Assembly (NCBI GenBank): GCA_041685495.1
Contig: JAWLFR010000002.1
Coordinates: 17,019-75,664 of the forward strand
Reading direction: 5' to 3'
Length of the DNA: 58,646 nt
DNA from: Bacteroidales bacterium
GTDB taxonomy: Bacteria; Bacteroidota; Bacteroidia; Bacteroidales; VadinHA17
Below, in pieces: positions 19,533 through 27,455 of the stretch; position 1 is the stretch's first letter, and every line of letters begins with the position of its first letter. The notes under the pieces were generated by a model, which made no database searches, was not told the DNA's origin, and saw nothing but the letters and a program-made list of their open reading frames with translations. Both the position numbers and the translations under genes were made by a program.

Positions 19533-20306
19533 ATTGGCTTTATTTGATATTATCCTTATGGATATAAATATCAGCAGTGCCACAAGGATAAAAAACACCG
19601 AGACCGGCCTGGCATATGACAGTCCGAACTGGTTAAACCTCTCATAAATCAGCACGGGAGCCGTCATGGGGTGATATGCCACTATCACTATAGCCCCGAA
19701 CTCACTCATACCCCTTGCAAACATCATTATAAATCCGGATGCAATATTCCTCCATGTCAGGGGCAGTGATACGGTAAAAAACATTTTCACCGGTGATGCC
19801 CCAAGGTTCATGGCCGCTTTTTCCAGCCTTTCCGGGACAGCCTCAAAGCCATCCCTTGCAGCGTTTATCAGGAATGACAGGCTGACAAAAGCCATGGCCA
19901 GTGCTATGCCTGCGGGATTGCCAACAAGATTAAGTCCCACCGCATCAGCTGCCTTACCCAGCAGTCCATCCCGCGAGATAAAGCCCAGCAGGGCTATCCC
20001 CGCCGCCGAGTGGGGCAGCACCACCGGCAGATCTATCAGTCCCTGCACCATCCTTTTACCCGGAAAATCATACCTGGCCATAAGCCAGGCAAAGGGCACC
20101 GCCATAAAGGAAAAAACGAGTGTGGCCATGAAAGCCACCGACAGGGTCAGCCATACACTGGCCTGCACCTCATCATCCTTTACCGTCTCAAAAAAATCAG
20201 AGGCCGAGGTGTCAAGTACCATACCCAGCAATGGTGCAAGTATAAAAAGCAGCACCAGCGATGACAGTATGAGTATTATCCAGTGAAAAGGGCTGCGCTT
20301 ATCCAT
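19497..20306 (-). CDS. ABC transporter permease (molybdate/tungstate type)
   Basis: 269 aa with about 6 TM segments and a MetI-like core (LPVVLPHSAAGIALL). It sits between the binding-protein and ATPase genes. Confidence 0.85.
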   Translation of the reverse strand: MDKRSPFHWIILILSSLVLLFILAPLLGMVLDTSASDFFETVKDDEVQASVWLTLSVAFMATLVFSFMAVPFAWLMARYDFPGKRMVQGLIDLPVVLPHSAAGIALLGFISRDGLLGKAADAVGLNLVGNPAGIALAMAFVSLSFLINAARDGFEAVPERLEKAAMNLGASPVKMFFTVSLPLTWRNIASGFIMMFARGMSEFGAIVIVAYHPMTAPVLIYERFNQFGLSYARPVSVFFILVALLIFISIRIISNKANSSIKKINSNGR

Positions 20307-20410
20307 CTTTGGCTATCCATGTAAAATTATGACCGTCATAAACCTGTACGGTCATGTATAAATTTGCATGTCGCAAAAATAGAAATAATACCGGGAAATC
20401 CGATAGTTTA

Positions 20411-21376
20411 TCAGTCAAAGAATGCCTGCAGCTTTTCAGGCAATGATCTGGCCTCACCGGAAAGCTGTACCTCAAGGGGTGATTGTCCGTTTGCCTCCAG
20501 TAATAAACGGCCTTTCTCTCCGAGGAAATATTCAAGGAAAGTCGTGGCAGCCTCCCTGTTGGGTGCATCATAAGGCATTGTTATCCCGTATATCATACTG
20601 CTGCCGGAGATGCTTACTTTTTCACCCGGACTCTCACCTGTTATTTCCACGCTCACTGTATTATACAGGTCTTCGAATCCGGGATCTGAGAGGTTTATTT
20701 CAGCGGGCAGGCTGATATAATCGAGTCCGTGCTGCTCACATACTGATTTATACTGTATGATATAATCCAGTGCCCCTGTTTCCAGCAAGGCTACAAGATC
20801 AACCTCTTTGGGCCTTATCATATTGCGGTCTTTGGATGTTAGCCCCTCAGCGAGTCCCTTTTTTTCATAATAGCTTTCTGCCAGCTTAAACATCATGACC
20901 GAGCGGTATCCGCAGGGATCGGCATTGGGGTCGGCGCGACCATATACAACATTATCATCAGCCAGTATACCGTACCAGTTACCATCATTTATACTGTCCG
21001 AATATTCTGACCTGTCATTATATGCTATCACTATCTCATTGGTGGCAAACCATATGTTCCAGTCTGTATAGCCGGGCATAAGGAATTTTTCTATCACCTT
21101 ATAATCGGCCGAGGCCATTATATCACAGGGTTTCTTAAGCTCTGTTATTTTCCGTGCACATGCCACACTGCCTGCTCCTTCAAGCAATATATTAACATCC
21201 GGGTTAATCTCCATATACTCCCTGGCAGCATCTTTCATGGGAAGCGACAGGCTGCCGGCATGAAAGATTATTATCTCCTTCTCCTTCTTTTCCGCACATG
21301 ATGAGAGAAGAAAAAAGACCAGGATAAGAAACAACACTGATACCCTGTTACCTATTTTAATGATTTTTTGTCTCAT
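20411..21376 (-). CDS. Periplasmic tungstate/molybdate-binding lipoprotein, WtpA-like
   Basis: Lipoprotein signal (LLSSCAEKK). The IIIFHAGSLSLPM motif is typical of WtpA/ModA-class oxoanion-binding proteins. Metal specificity is not decidable from sequence. Confidence 0.75.
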   Translation of the reverse strand: MRQKIIKIGNRVSVLFLILVFFLLSSCAEKKEKEIIIFHAGSLSLPMKDAAREYMEINPDVNILLEGAGSVACARKITELKKPCDIMASADYKVIEKFLMPGYTDWNIWFATNEIVIAYNDRSEYSDSINDGNWYGILADDNVVYGRADPNADPCGYRSVMMFKLAESYYEKKGLAEGLTSKDRNMIRPKEVDLVALLETGALDYIIQYKSVCEQHGLDYISLPAEINLSDPGFEDLYNTVSVEITGESPGEKVSISGSSMIYGITMPYDAPNREAATTFLEYFLGEKGRLLLEANGQSPLEVQLSGEARSLPEKLQAFFD

Positions 21377-21380
21377 ACTG

Positions 21381-21788
21381 CTATTTCTTTTTCCCTTTTA
21401 TATCATCCGGCTTTTCATTTATACTCCAGAAAAATCTCCTGGTAACCTCCTTCATGGATGTATTAAACTGCTCTGTAAGCTCATTATATGCTTTAATAAG
21501 CTTACTGCCCTCATCACTCAGGTAGGTATGCCCGCCTTCGGCGCCACCTCGACTTTTACAGACAAGGTTAAAGCCCAGCTTTTCTTCCAGCTCCCTTACT
21601 ATACCCCATGCCTTGCGATAGCTCATACCTGTTTCAGAAGCGGCTGCAGCGAGTGACCCTGTTCTGTCGACCGCATCGAGCAGTCCAAAGCCTTCACGGT
21701 CCAGTATCTTTTCATCATCCACCGTCTCCAGGTTGATCTGGTACCTGAGAAAGACATCGTAATATTTCGAACCTTTGGGACCTGCCAT
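21381..21788 (-). CDS. ModE N-terminal-domain-like winged-HTH regulator (no Mop/TOBE domain)
   Basis: 135 aa. The segment LLDAVDRTGSLAAAASETGMSYRKAWGIVRELEEKLG matches the ModE/LysR-type HTH. The stop is 4 nt before the start of the binding-protein gene. Confidence 0.75.
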   Translation of the reverse strand: MAGPKGSKYYDVFLRYQINLETVDDEKILDREGFGLLDAVDRTGSLAAAASETGMSYRKAWGIVRELEEKLGFNLVCKSRGGAEGGHTYLSDEGSKLIKAYNELTEQFNTSMKEVTRRFFWSINEKPDDIKGKKK

Positions 21789-21816
21789 AGCTATTGGTTT
21801 AAAAGGGTTATCTGTA

Positions 21817-21917
21817 TTACTGTGAGGCCTTTCAGCATCCGCAGATTATTTACTAAGCTCTTTATAGCAATTTTACTGTGAGGCCCTACATCATCCGCAG
21901 ATTTATTTTACTGCCTG
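21817..21917. repeat. Imperfect direct repeat (31-nt core, 56-bp period) upstream of the ModE-like gene
   Basis: TTACTGTGAGGCCtTtCAgCATCCGCAGATT (21817-) and TTACTGTGAGGCCcTaCAtCATCCGCAGATT (21873-) agree at 28 of 31 positions. They fill the ppnP to modE-like intergenic region. Confidence 0.75.
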
Positions 21918-22199
21918 CTATTTATAAAGGCATTTATAGGCTGTGGGTTCCTCAACCCTTACCTTAAAGCTGCTGTCTTTTTCCACTATAAAAGTTTCTC
22001 CTGCCCCGTACTCCTTCCAGGTGCTGTCGCCCGGCAACTGCACGGTTAACATACCCGTGGTAACAGTCATATACTCAACCTTTGATGTGTTGAATTCATA
22101 TTCACCGGGGGCCATCACACCTATTGTGGCAACACCTTCAGCATTTTCAAGACCTATGGATTTTACTTTTCCGTCAAAATATTCGTTTACATTAAACAT
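21918..22199 (-). CDS. ppnP: Pyrimidine/purine nucleoside phosphorylase PpnP (UPF0345/DUF1255)
   Basis: 93 aa with the typical N-terminus MFNVNEYFDGKVKSIG and a cupin-like core. Confidence 0.9.
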   Translation of the reverse strand: MFNVNEYFDGKVKSIGLENAEGVATIGVMAPGEYEFNTSKVEYMTVTTGMLTVQLPGDSTWKEYGAGETFIVEKDSSFKVRVEEPTAYKCLYK

Positions 22200-22400
22200 A
22201 GTGATTCGGTTATATTATTAATACATAAATTCAGTCAGTACAAATGTACATTATTATTTAATTTTCAGAACAAATAACTGAGCTCCATCCTTATAAAACG
22301 GCCATAGTTCAGGTATCCTGTCATATCCGCTGAGGGTGTTCCGGCAAATACACCTGTCCCGGTAAACTCAGGCCGGTGGAGCACAGCTGCTGCTGCCTTA

Positions 22401-23501
22401 CTACTCAACAAGGATTATATAGGCCAGATTTGCACCTTTGAGGTGCCTGTCGGCAAAGAAATCAGCCCCGGGATGGACCTGGAAACGACCATCTTCATCG
22501 TCTCCTTCATCAAGGAGCATTACTTCGGCCATATCGGTCCGGTTCATCACTTCCGAAAGGGAAAAAACGGCACGGTAGGCATCTTTGGAGCCAATGGCAA
22601 TAAGTCCTTTTGCCAGATCCTGATCAGAAAAATCGTAATATTTCCTGAGTATCTCCGAAAGGGGCACTCCTGTGTACCTGCGCCGACCTTTAATTCCCTC
22701 GTGCGTTCCGAAAAAGATAAGGTCATGACTTAAAAATACATCACTTTCCGTCTCTGCATTATCGATTACAGCTTTTTTATTACCCGGACCATTAATTTCG
22801 ATCTCAGGTGAAAAAAGTGGGCGTATGCCTTTGTTTCCCGGGAAGCTGCGGGGAAATGACCGGATTATGATCTTTGAGGGTTTATCTATATTCCTTACAC
22901 TGACCATATCATTTGACGCCACCAGGCGTATATCATCCGGCAATGGCCATTCATCATCGCTTGAGGTAGGAAATACCGCCTGTACATGTGTGGCGAGGAT
23001 AATATCGTGATTATGGTTTGTATAGAAAAGCTCCCCCCAGCTGAAAACAGCCGACTCACCTTTGTCGTTCTCCACTATTACATAGAGGTCTGTATTCAGT
23101 CCGAATTCACCTCTATTATTCTTTGATACTATATAATCCTTAATAATATCCGAAAGGGAATAGCCTTTATACTGGAAAGCACCCTGGAATTCAGGATCAC
23201 GACCCCTGCGCCGCGGAAAATATTCCTTCACCACCACCGAGCGTTCCTCAAGCTCATGAACATATGCCTGTCCGGGATTAAGCAATTCGCCGGACACATA
23301 GGGCATTTTGCCATCCAGTTTTACAGCCCTCTCGTTATCAAAGGGATCATTATTATACCTGGCCCTGATAACAGGGTTATCCAGATAATTCTGCAGGTAC
23401 TCCTGCGTAATTGTTTCCCCTGATATCATATCCGGATCCTGCGCCCTGACTACTGACAGTGAAAGAAACATGATTAATAACAAAAAATATATTCTCATCA
23501 T
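22401..23501 (-). CDS. Secreted protein of unknown function with two internally repeated domains (SUOX/YedY-fold-like?)
   Basis: Signal peptide (LSLSVVRAQD). Two homologous units are visible: YKGYSLSDIIKDY...ESAVFSWGELF...DIRLVASND aligns with YTGVPLSEILRKY...YRAVFSLSEVM...RFQVHPGAD. Confidence 0.6.
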   Translation of the reverse strand: MMRIYFLLLIMFLSLSVVRAQDPDMISGETITQEYLQNYLDNPVIRARYNNDPFDNERAVKLDGKMPYVSGELLNPGQAYVHELEERSVVVKEYFPRRRGRDPEFQGAFQYKGYSLSDIIKDYIVSKNNRGEFGLNTDLYVIVENDKGESAVFSWGELFYTNHNHDIILATHVQAVFPTSSDDEWPLPDDIRLVASNDMVSVRNIDKPSKIIIRSFPRSFPGNKGIRPLFSPEIEINGPGNKKAVIDNAETESDVFLSHDLIFFGTHEGIKGRRRYTGVPLSEILRKYYDFSDQDLAKGLIAIGSKDAYRAVFSLSEVMNRTDMAEVMLLDEGDDEDGRFQVHPGADFFADRHLKGANLAYIILVE

Positions 23502-23509
23502 TTCTGTAT

Positions 23510-23542
23510 AAAAAATGGGTCACTGCCTGAGCAATGACCCAT
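23510..23542 (-). terminator. Rho-independent terminator after the AOR gene
   Basis: 8-bp stem ATGGGTCA/TGACCCAT (23515-23522 and 23535-23542) with a 12-nt loop. On the minus strand a T-run (23510-23515) follows. It ends 8 nt before the ATG at 23501. Confidence 0.65.
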
Positions 23543-23558
23543 CAGGATTACGTTTTTT

Positions 23559-25712
23559 TTACTGGTGATCTTTAACCACCTCAATCAGTTCAGGCAGGTC
23601 CATGCCTATCTTCTTAAGGAATTCTATTTTAGGTACACCATTGCTGTTCCATCCCCTTCGCTTATACACGGCATCAACAAGGCTTTCATACCTTTTCATC
23701 CTGTATTCCCTTGTGATAGCCAGCTTCTCCTCCACTGTTTTACCTTCGGGATCAACACCTATCAGCTCTTTCATCTGCGTATCATAGCGTTCGGCCCTTG
23801 ATTCGTATTCCTCCACTGTAACGGGACCAGCAGCGCGGTAAGGCTGGGCGTCAAATTCACGCGTACCGTATCCCCTCCTCAGGTTGAATATACGCTGGAA
23901 GTTATAAACACGCTCAGAGTCCTCTATCATACGGTGCTTATCGAAATCGCGTCCTGTTACCGCCTTATATATAGTCACATAGTTGTCCACATGCTCGGGC
24001 ACCTTGGCAGGTTCATCCGTTTCTGCATTATTCTCCGGTTCAACGTCATTCCAGGGAAGCTTACACAGCCCTACCAGACCGAACCATGTACGGAACATTG
24101 GGAAATAATGCAGGGCTTCGGCCTTATCTTCAAAGCTTGGAATCTGGTTATTGACCATATCCATAAAGATAAGCCATGCCTCATCGTGCTGAGGTCCTTT
24201 ATTGGTCATTGCAAAACCACCCTGCTGGGCGAGGGATTCCTTGGACATATATTCTGAATATTCAAGGCCCTTGTTTTCCATTGCTATATCATTAAGGAAA
24301 TCAGCATCACCCCAGCCTTTTTCGATGAACATTTCCTTCATCCTGCGAACACCCATTCCTGCTATCTTACCAAATCCTTCACCCCTGCTGACCATATGCA
24401 ACAGTTCCATGGCCGAGTCGGCATTACCGAAATTAAGTTTGAGTCCGCCCGTTCTCTCCTCATTAAGCACTCCGTTCTCAAAGCATTCCATCATAAAAGC
24501 CATGCTTGTGGCCCATGTAATAGTACATATGCCGTAGGTATCGCAATAGAAATTAGCTTCAATAATATAATCGCTGTTGAATATGCCGCAGTTAGAGCCC
24601 AGTCCGCCCGCATTCTCATATTCGGGTCCGTCAACAATCACTTTCTGACCCTGGTAGGGACCCGTCCTTACCTCATAATTATCGACTCCTTTGGCGCAGG
24701 ACATATTGCAGCCTATCCAGCATCCGTCAGGTACACCCTGCGTAAACCTCTTCTTCCATTCATGGGAATCGATGTTTCCGGCATCGGGGTGACTCCCAAA
24801 CTGGTAATTATTAGTAGGAAGCAGGTCATGGTCATTCATTATCTCCATAAGGTGAGCCGTACCAACTTCTGTCATCCTGGCCTGCTCATGGTCAAACTCC
24901 CTCATCTCACGGTTAAACCTCTTACCGCGTTCCCTTATTGCGTCAAGGTCAACAACATTATTCAGGTTACCTTTGACACCGGGTATCTTACAAACAAGGG
25001 CTTTGATCTTCTTGTCACGGAACACCGTGCCTATTCCACCCCTGCCGGCCTGCTTCAGCCTGACCACCTTTCTTTTGGGATCATAAAAACTGAAATTAAG
25101 CATGCCAATAAGTGAATTCTCAGCAGCTGAACCTGCAGATACCACGCCGATATTCCTTTTATCCTTCTCATCATCAGCATACATCTCTGTAAGCTGCTCG
25201 GCCAGCATATGGCTGTCTGTTTCTTCAGCCGGGGCCGCTATTATCTCAATTTTGTGATTAATGCCGTCGATATATATTATGACATCTTCCTCTGCCTTAC
25301 CCTGAAGCTCAAGGGCATCATAACCGGCAAACTTGAGGAAAGGACCGAAGAATCCACCCACATTACTGTCCATTACCGAATTCGTCTGCGGTGATATGGA
25401 TACCACCAGCGATTTACCGGTACCTGAATACTGTGTTATGCCACCTATGGGTCCGGATGAAATAACAATCTCGTTAGCAGGGTCATCCCATGGGGTTTGC
25501 GGCTCAGTGGCATCCCACAGAAGCCTGAGTCCATAACCCCTGCCGCCGATGAATTTTTCTTTCATCTGCTGCGGAACATCTTTTTCCTTAACCTCATTTT
25601 CTCCTACATTGACATAAAGAATCTTATCTGTATACCCTTTATCAAGTGGGGTCCAGTCATATTCAAACTCCTTAAGCAATTTGTGTTTTTCCTTAACTAC
25701 CTGAATGTCCAT
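23559..25712 (-). CDS. Aldehyde:ferredoxin oxidoreductase (AOR) family tungsto/molybdo-pterin enzyme, long (717 aa) form
   Basis: AOR N-terminal domain (KILYVNVGENEV...FIGGRGYGLRLLWD). Central and C-terminal motifs include RGGIGTVF and DGPEYENAGGLGSNCG. Confidence 0.9.
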   Translation of the reverse strand: MDIQVVKEKHKLLKEFEYDWTPLDKGYTDKILYVNVGENEVKEKDVPQQMKEKFIGGRGYGLRLLWDATEPQTPWDDPANEIVISSGPIGGITQYSGTGKSLVVSISPQTNSVMDSNVGGFFGPFLKFAGYDALELQGKAEEDVIIYIDGINHKIEIIAAPAEETDSHMLAEQLTEMYADDEKDKRNIGVVSAGSAAENSLIGMLNFSFYDPKRKVVRLKQAGRGGIGTVFRDKKIKALVCKIPGVKGNLNNVVDLDAIRERGKRFNREMREFDHEQARMTEVGTAHLMEIMNDHDLLPTNNYQFGSHPDAGNIDSHEWKKRFTQGVPDGCWIGCNMSCAKGVDNYEVRTGPYQGQKVIVDGPEYENAGGLGSNCGIFNSDYIIEANFYCDTYGICTITWATSMAFMMECFENGVLNEERTGGLKLNFGNADSAMELLHMVSRGEGFGKIAGMGVRRMKEMFIEKGWGDADFLNDIAMENKGLEYSEYMSKESLAQQGGFAMTNKGPQHDEAWLIFMDMVNNQIPSFEDKAEALHYFPMFRTWFGLVGLCKLPWNDVEPENNAETDEPAKVPEHVDNYVTIYKAVTGRDFDKHRMIEDSERVYNFQRIFNLRRGYGTREFDAQPYRAAGPVTVEEYESRAERYDTQMKELIGVDPEGKTVEEKLAITREYRMKRYESLVDAVYKRRGWNSNGVPKIEFLKKIGMDLPELIEVVKDHQ

Positions 25713-25886
25713 ATTTTATTTGATTTTAAAATTATTCTTTTATACATAATTAGTACCCTGACAAATTAGACCTTAAATATAGTCCATAAAATGACATATA
25801 TCAATATGTTAAAGATTGCATAACGTATTAAATTATTAATATTATATCTTATTACAATTATCATTTATTTACCGGCATAAATAATA

Positions 25887-25894
25887 TATTTTTG
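25887..25894 (+). promoter_or_regulatory. Candidate -7 promoter box (TAnnTTTG) for the DUF364-thiF-like-moaD-like operon
   Basis: TATTTTTG lies 18 nt upstream of the ATG at 25912, in a 199-bp AT-rich region divergent from AOR. Motif match only. Confidence 0.25.
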
Positions 25895-25911
25895 GAGTAA
25901 AGAAAAAGAAA

Positions 25912-26634
25912 ATGGAGGAGCCTTTAAAACATTTTTATTCACTTTTAGGGTTTGACAGGAAGAAGATACGTGAGTGGGCTATAGGTGAGAAATACCTTGC
26001 CGTAATGAATACAGGCGGAAATATAGGTGTATGCGCAACCCTGGGCACAGTAATGGATGATGGCCTTTTCAGGCACGGCGATCCTGATATCAGCAATCCC
26101 TGCCACAGGATCATACTCAATGCTTACTTTAATTCAATCTGTAATTACGAAAACATATATGATGAGAGGCGCGATATTTTTGACAGCATAGATTTCAGTC
26201 AACACAGGCGTATTGTGATGATTGGCTATTTCGAGAGCCTGTACAGGAAGTTCTCAGAAAAAAATATAGCTCTCGAAGTTTTTGACATACAGAAGGAAAG
26301 CCATATCCTGTCTGATATATCGGTCATGGAAAGATCACTGGCGGGTGCGGACAGTATAATTCTGACGGGTACAACAATTTTCAATAATACCTTCAATGAT
26401 ATAATATCCATAGCCCCGGCCGGATGCAATATCTTCCTGCTGGGACCCTCCAATATACTATCCGCAGAGATGTTCAGGTACCGCGGTATAAAAGTTGTTT
26501 TCGGATCGGTATTTGAAAGAAATGACAGCCGTGTGCTGGAGAAAATTGCAGAAGGCAGTGGAACACGTGGTTTCCTGCCTTACCTGCATAAAGTTTATAT
26601 TATTAATAAGGATTACAAAAATGAGATTCAGTGA
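25912..26634 (+). CDS. DUF4213/DUF364 'putative heavy-metal chelation' Rossmann-like protein
   Basis: 240 aa. N-terminal part KYLAVMNTGGNIGVCATL. Rossmann-like part RIVMIGYF...ADSIILTGTTIFNNTF...IFLLGPS. The family assignment is recall-based. Confidence 0.7.
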   Translation: MEEPLKHFYSLLGFDRKKIREWAIGEKYLAVMNTGGNIGVCATLGTVMDDGLFRHGDPDISNPCHRIILNAYFNSICNYENIYDERRDIFDSIDFSQHRRIVMIGYFESLYRKFSEKNIALEVFDIQKESHILSDISVMERSLAGADSIILTGTTIFNNTFNDIISIAPAGCNIFLLGPSNILSAEMFRYRGIKVVFGSVFERNDSRVLEKIAEGSGTRGFLPYLHKVYIINKDYKNEIQ

Positions 26635-27208
26635 GATAAGAGAACAGCTTTCGAAGTTCACCGTTGGGATAGCCGGCGCGGGCGGACTGGGATCGAACTG
26701 TGCCGTTGCCCTGGCTCGCACAGGTATAGGGAAACTGGTAATAGCCGATTATGACATTGTTGAGGCCGGGAACCTTAACAGGCAGTACTTTTTTATCCGG
26801 CAGGTGGGTATGAAAAAGACTGAGGCCCTGAAAGAGAACCTGCTGGATATCAATCCCTGCACCCTTGTTGAAACTCATGATACCTGGCTCAGTGAAGACA
26901 ATATCCCTGTTATCTTCGGTGAATGTGATATAATTGTTGAGGCATTTGACCGGCGGGAGATGAAGAAGATGCTTGCCGAAACGGTAATGAGCATATGGCC
27001 TGAGCGTCCGCTTATTATGGGATCAGGACTTGCAGGCTTCGGGGATAATAATGAACTGCGGGAGAGAAGGATGGGCGACACTCTCATCATATGCGGTGAT
27101 GAGCAGACGGAAGTGTCGGATGAGCTACCACCCCTGGGTCCGCGTGTTGCCATTGTAGCGAACATGCAGGCCAATGTGGTTGTTGAACTATTATTAAAAG
27201 GAAAATAA
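26621..27208 (+). CDS. Short ThiF/MoeB-type E1-like adenylyltransferase
   Basis: Start placed at ATG 26621 (MRFSEIREQL...), overlapping the upstream stop by 14 nt. Nucleotide-binding motif GIAGAGGLGSNCAVALARTG and DYDIVEAGNLNRQ. There is no rhodanese domain. Confidence 0.85.
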   Translation: MRFSEIREQLSKFTVGIAGAGGLGSNCAVALARTGIGKLVIADYDIVEAGNLNRQYFFIRQVGMKKTEALKENLLDINPCTLVETHDTWLSEDNIPVIFGECDIIVEAFDRREMKKMLAETVMSIWPERPLIMGSGLAGFGDNNELRERRMGDTLIICGDEQTEVSDELPPLGPRVAIVANMQANVVVELLLKGK

Positions 27209-27212
27209 GCGT

Positions 27213-27416
27213 ATGAAGATAACACTTAATAACAGGCCGGAAGAGTTTGACGGAGACAGTATGACTGTTACAGAAATGCTGGAGAGGAAAAAATTCAGCT
27301 TCAGAATGCGTATAATTAAGATCAATGGCAAACTGGTTAAAAAGCAGGACTATGATAAGGCCGTCATAAAGGACGGTGATGATGTGCAGATGCTGTACCT
27401 TATGAGCGGTGGCTGA
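27213..27416 (+). CDS. ThiS/MoaD-family ubiquitin-like sulfur carrier (C-terminal GG)
   Basis: 67 aa ending in ...LYLMSGG. It starts 4 nt after the E1-like gene. Confidence 0.8.
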   Translation: MKITLNNRPEEFDGDSMTVTEMLERKKFSFRMRIIKINGKLVKKQDYDKAVIKDGDDVQMLYLMSGG

Positions 27417-27455
27417 CAAATTGATTATCCGGAGTTTTTATTATAGGTTTGCAAT

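Noticed and set aside
21789-21917. Possible Moco/W-co riboswitch in the leader of the Mo/W operon
   Set aside because: The region is AT-rich, lacks convincing multi-stem structure, and I could not recognise the conserved Moco-motif segments. The direct repeats look more like protein-binding sites. A covariance-model scan (Rfam RF01055) would settle it.
22200-22400. Relatively GC-rich 110-nt segment (22290-22400) downstream of the secreted protein gene, considered as a gene remnant or small RNA
   Set aside because: It contains only short ORFs (under 45 codons) without a plausible start, and no strong secondary structure or recognisable motif.
26495-26620. N-terminal extension of the ThiF-like ORF (MFSDRYLKEM...)
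   Set aside because: It overlaps the 3' end of the DUF364 gene in another frame. The E1 nucleotide-binding fold begins right after the internal ATG at 26621.
26621-27416. Assigning the ThiF/ThiS-like pair to thiamine biosynthesis
   Set aside because: No thiG, thiH, thiE or thiC is in the neighbourhood, and the pair is operonic with DUF364 and divergent from AOR. Thiamine function cannot be excluded, so no gene symbol is given.
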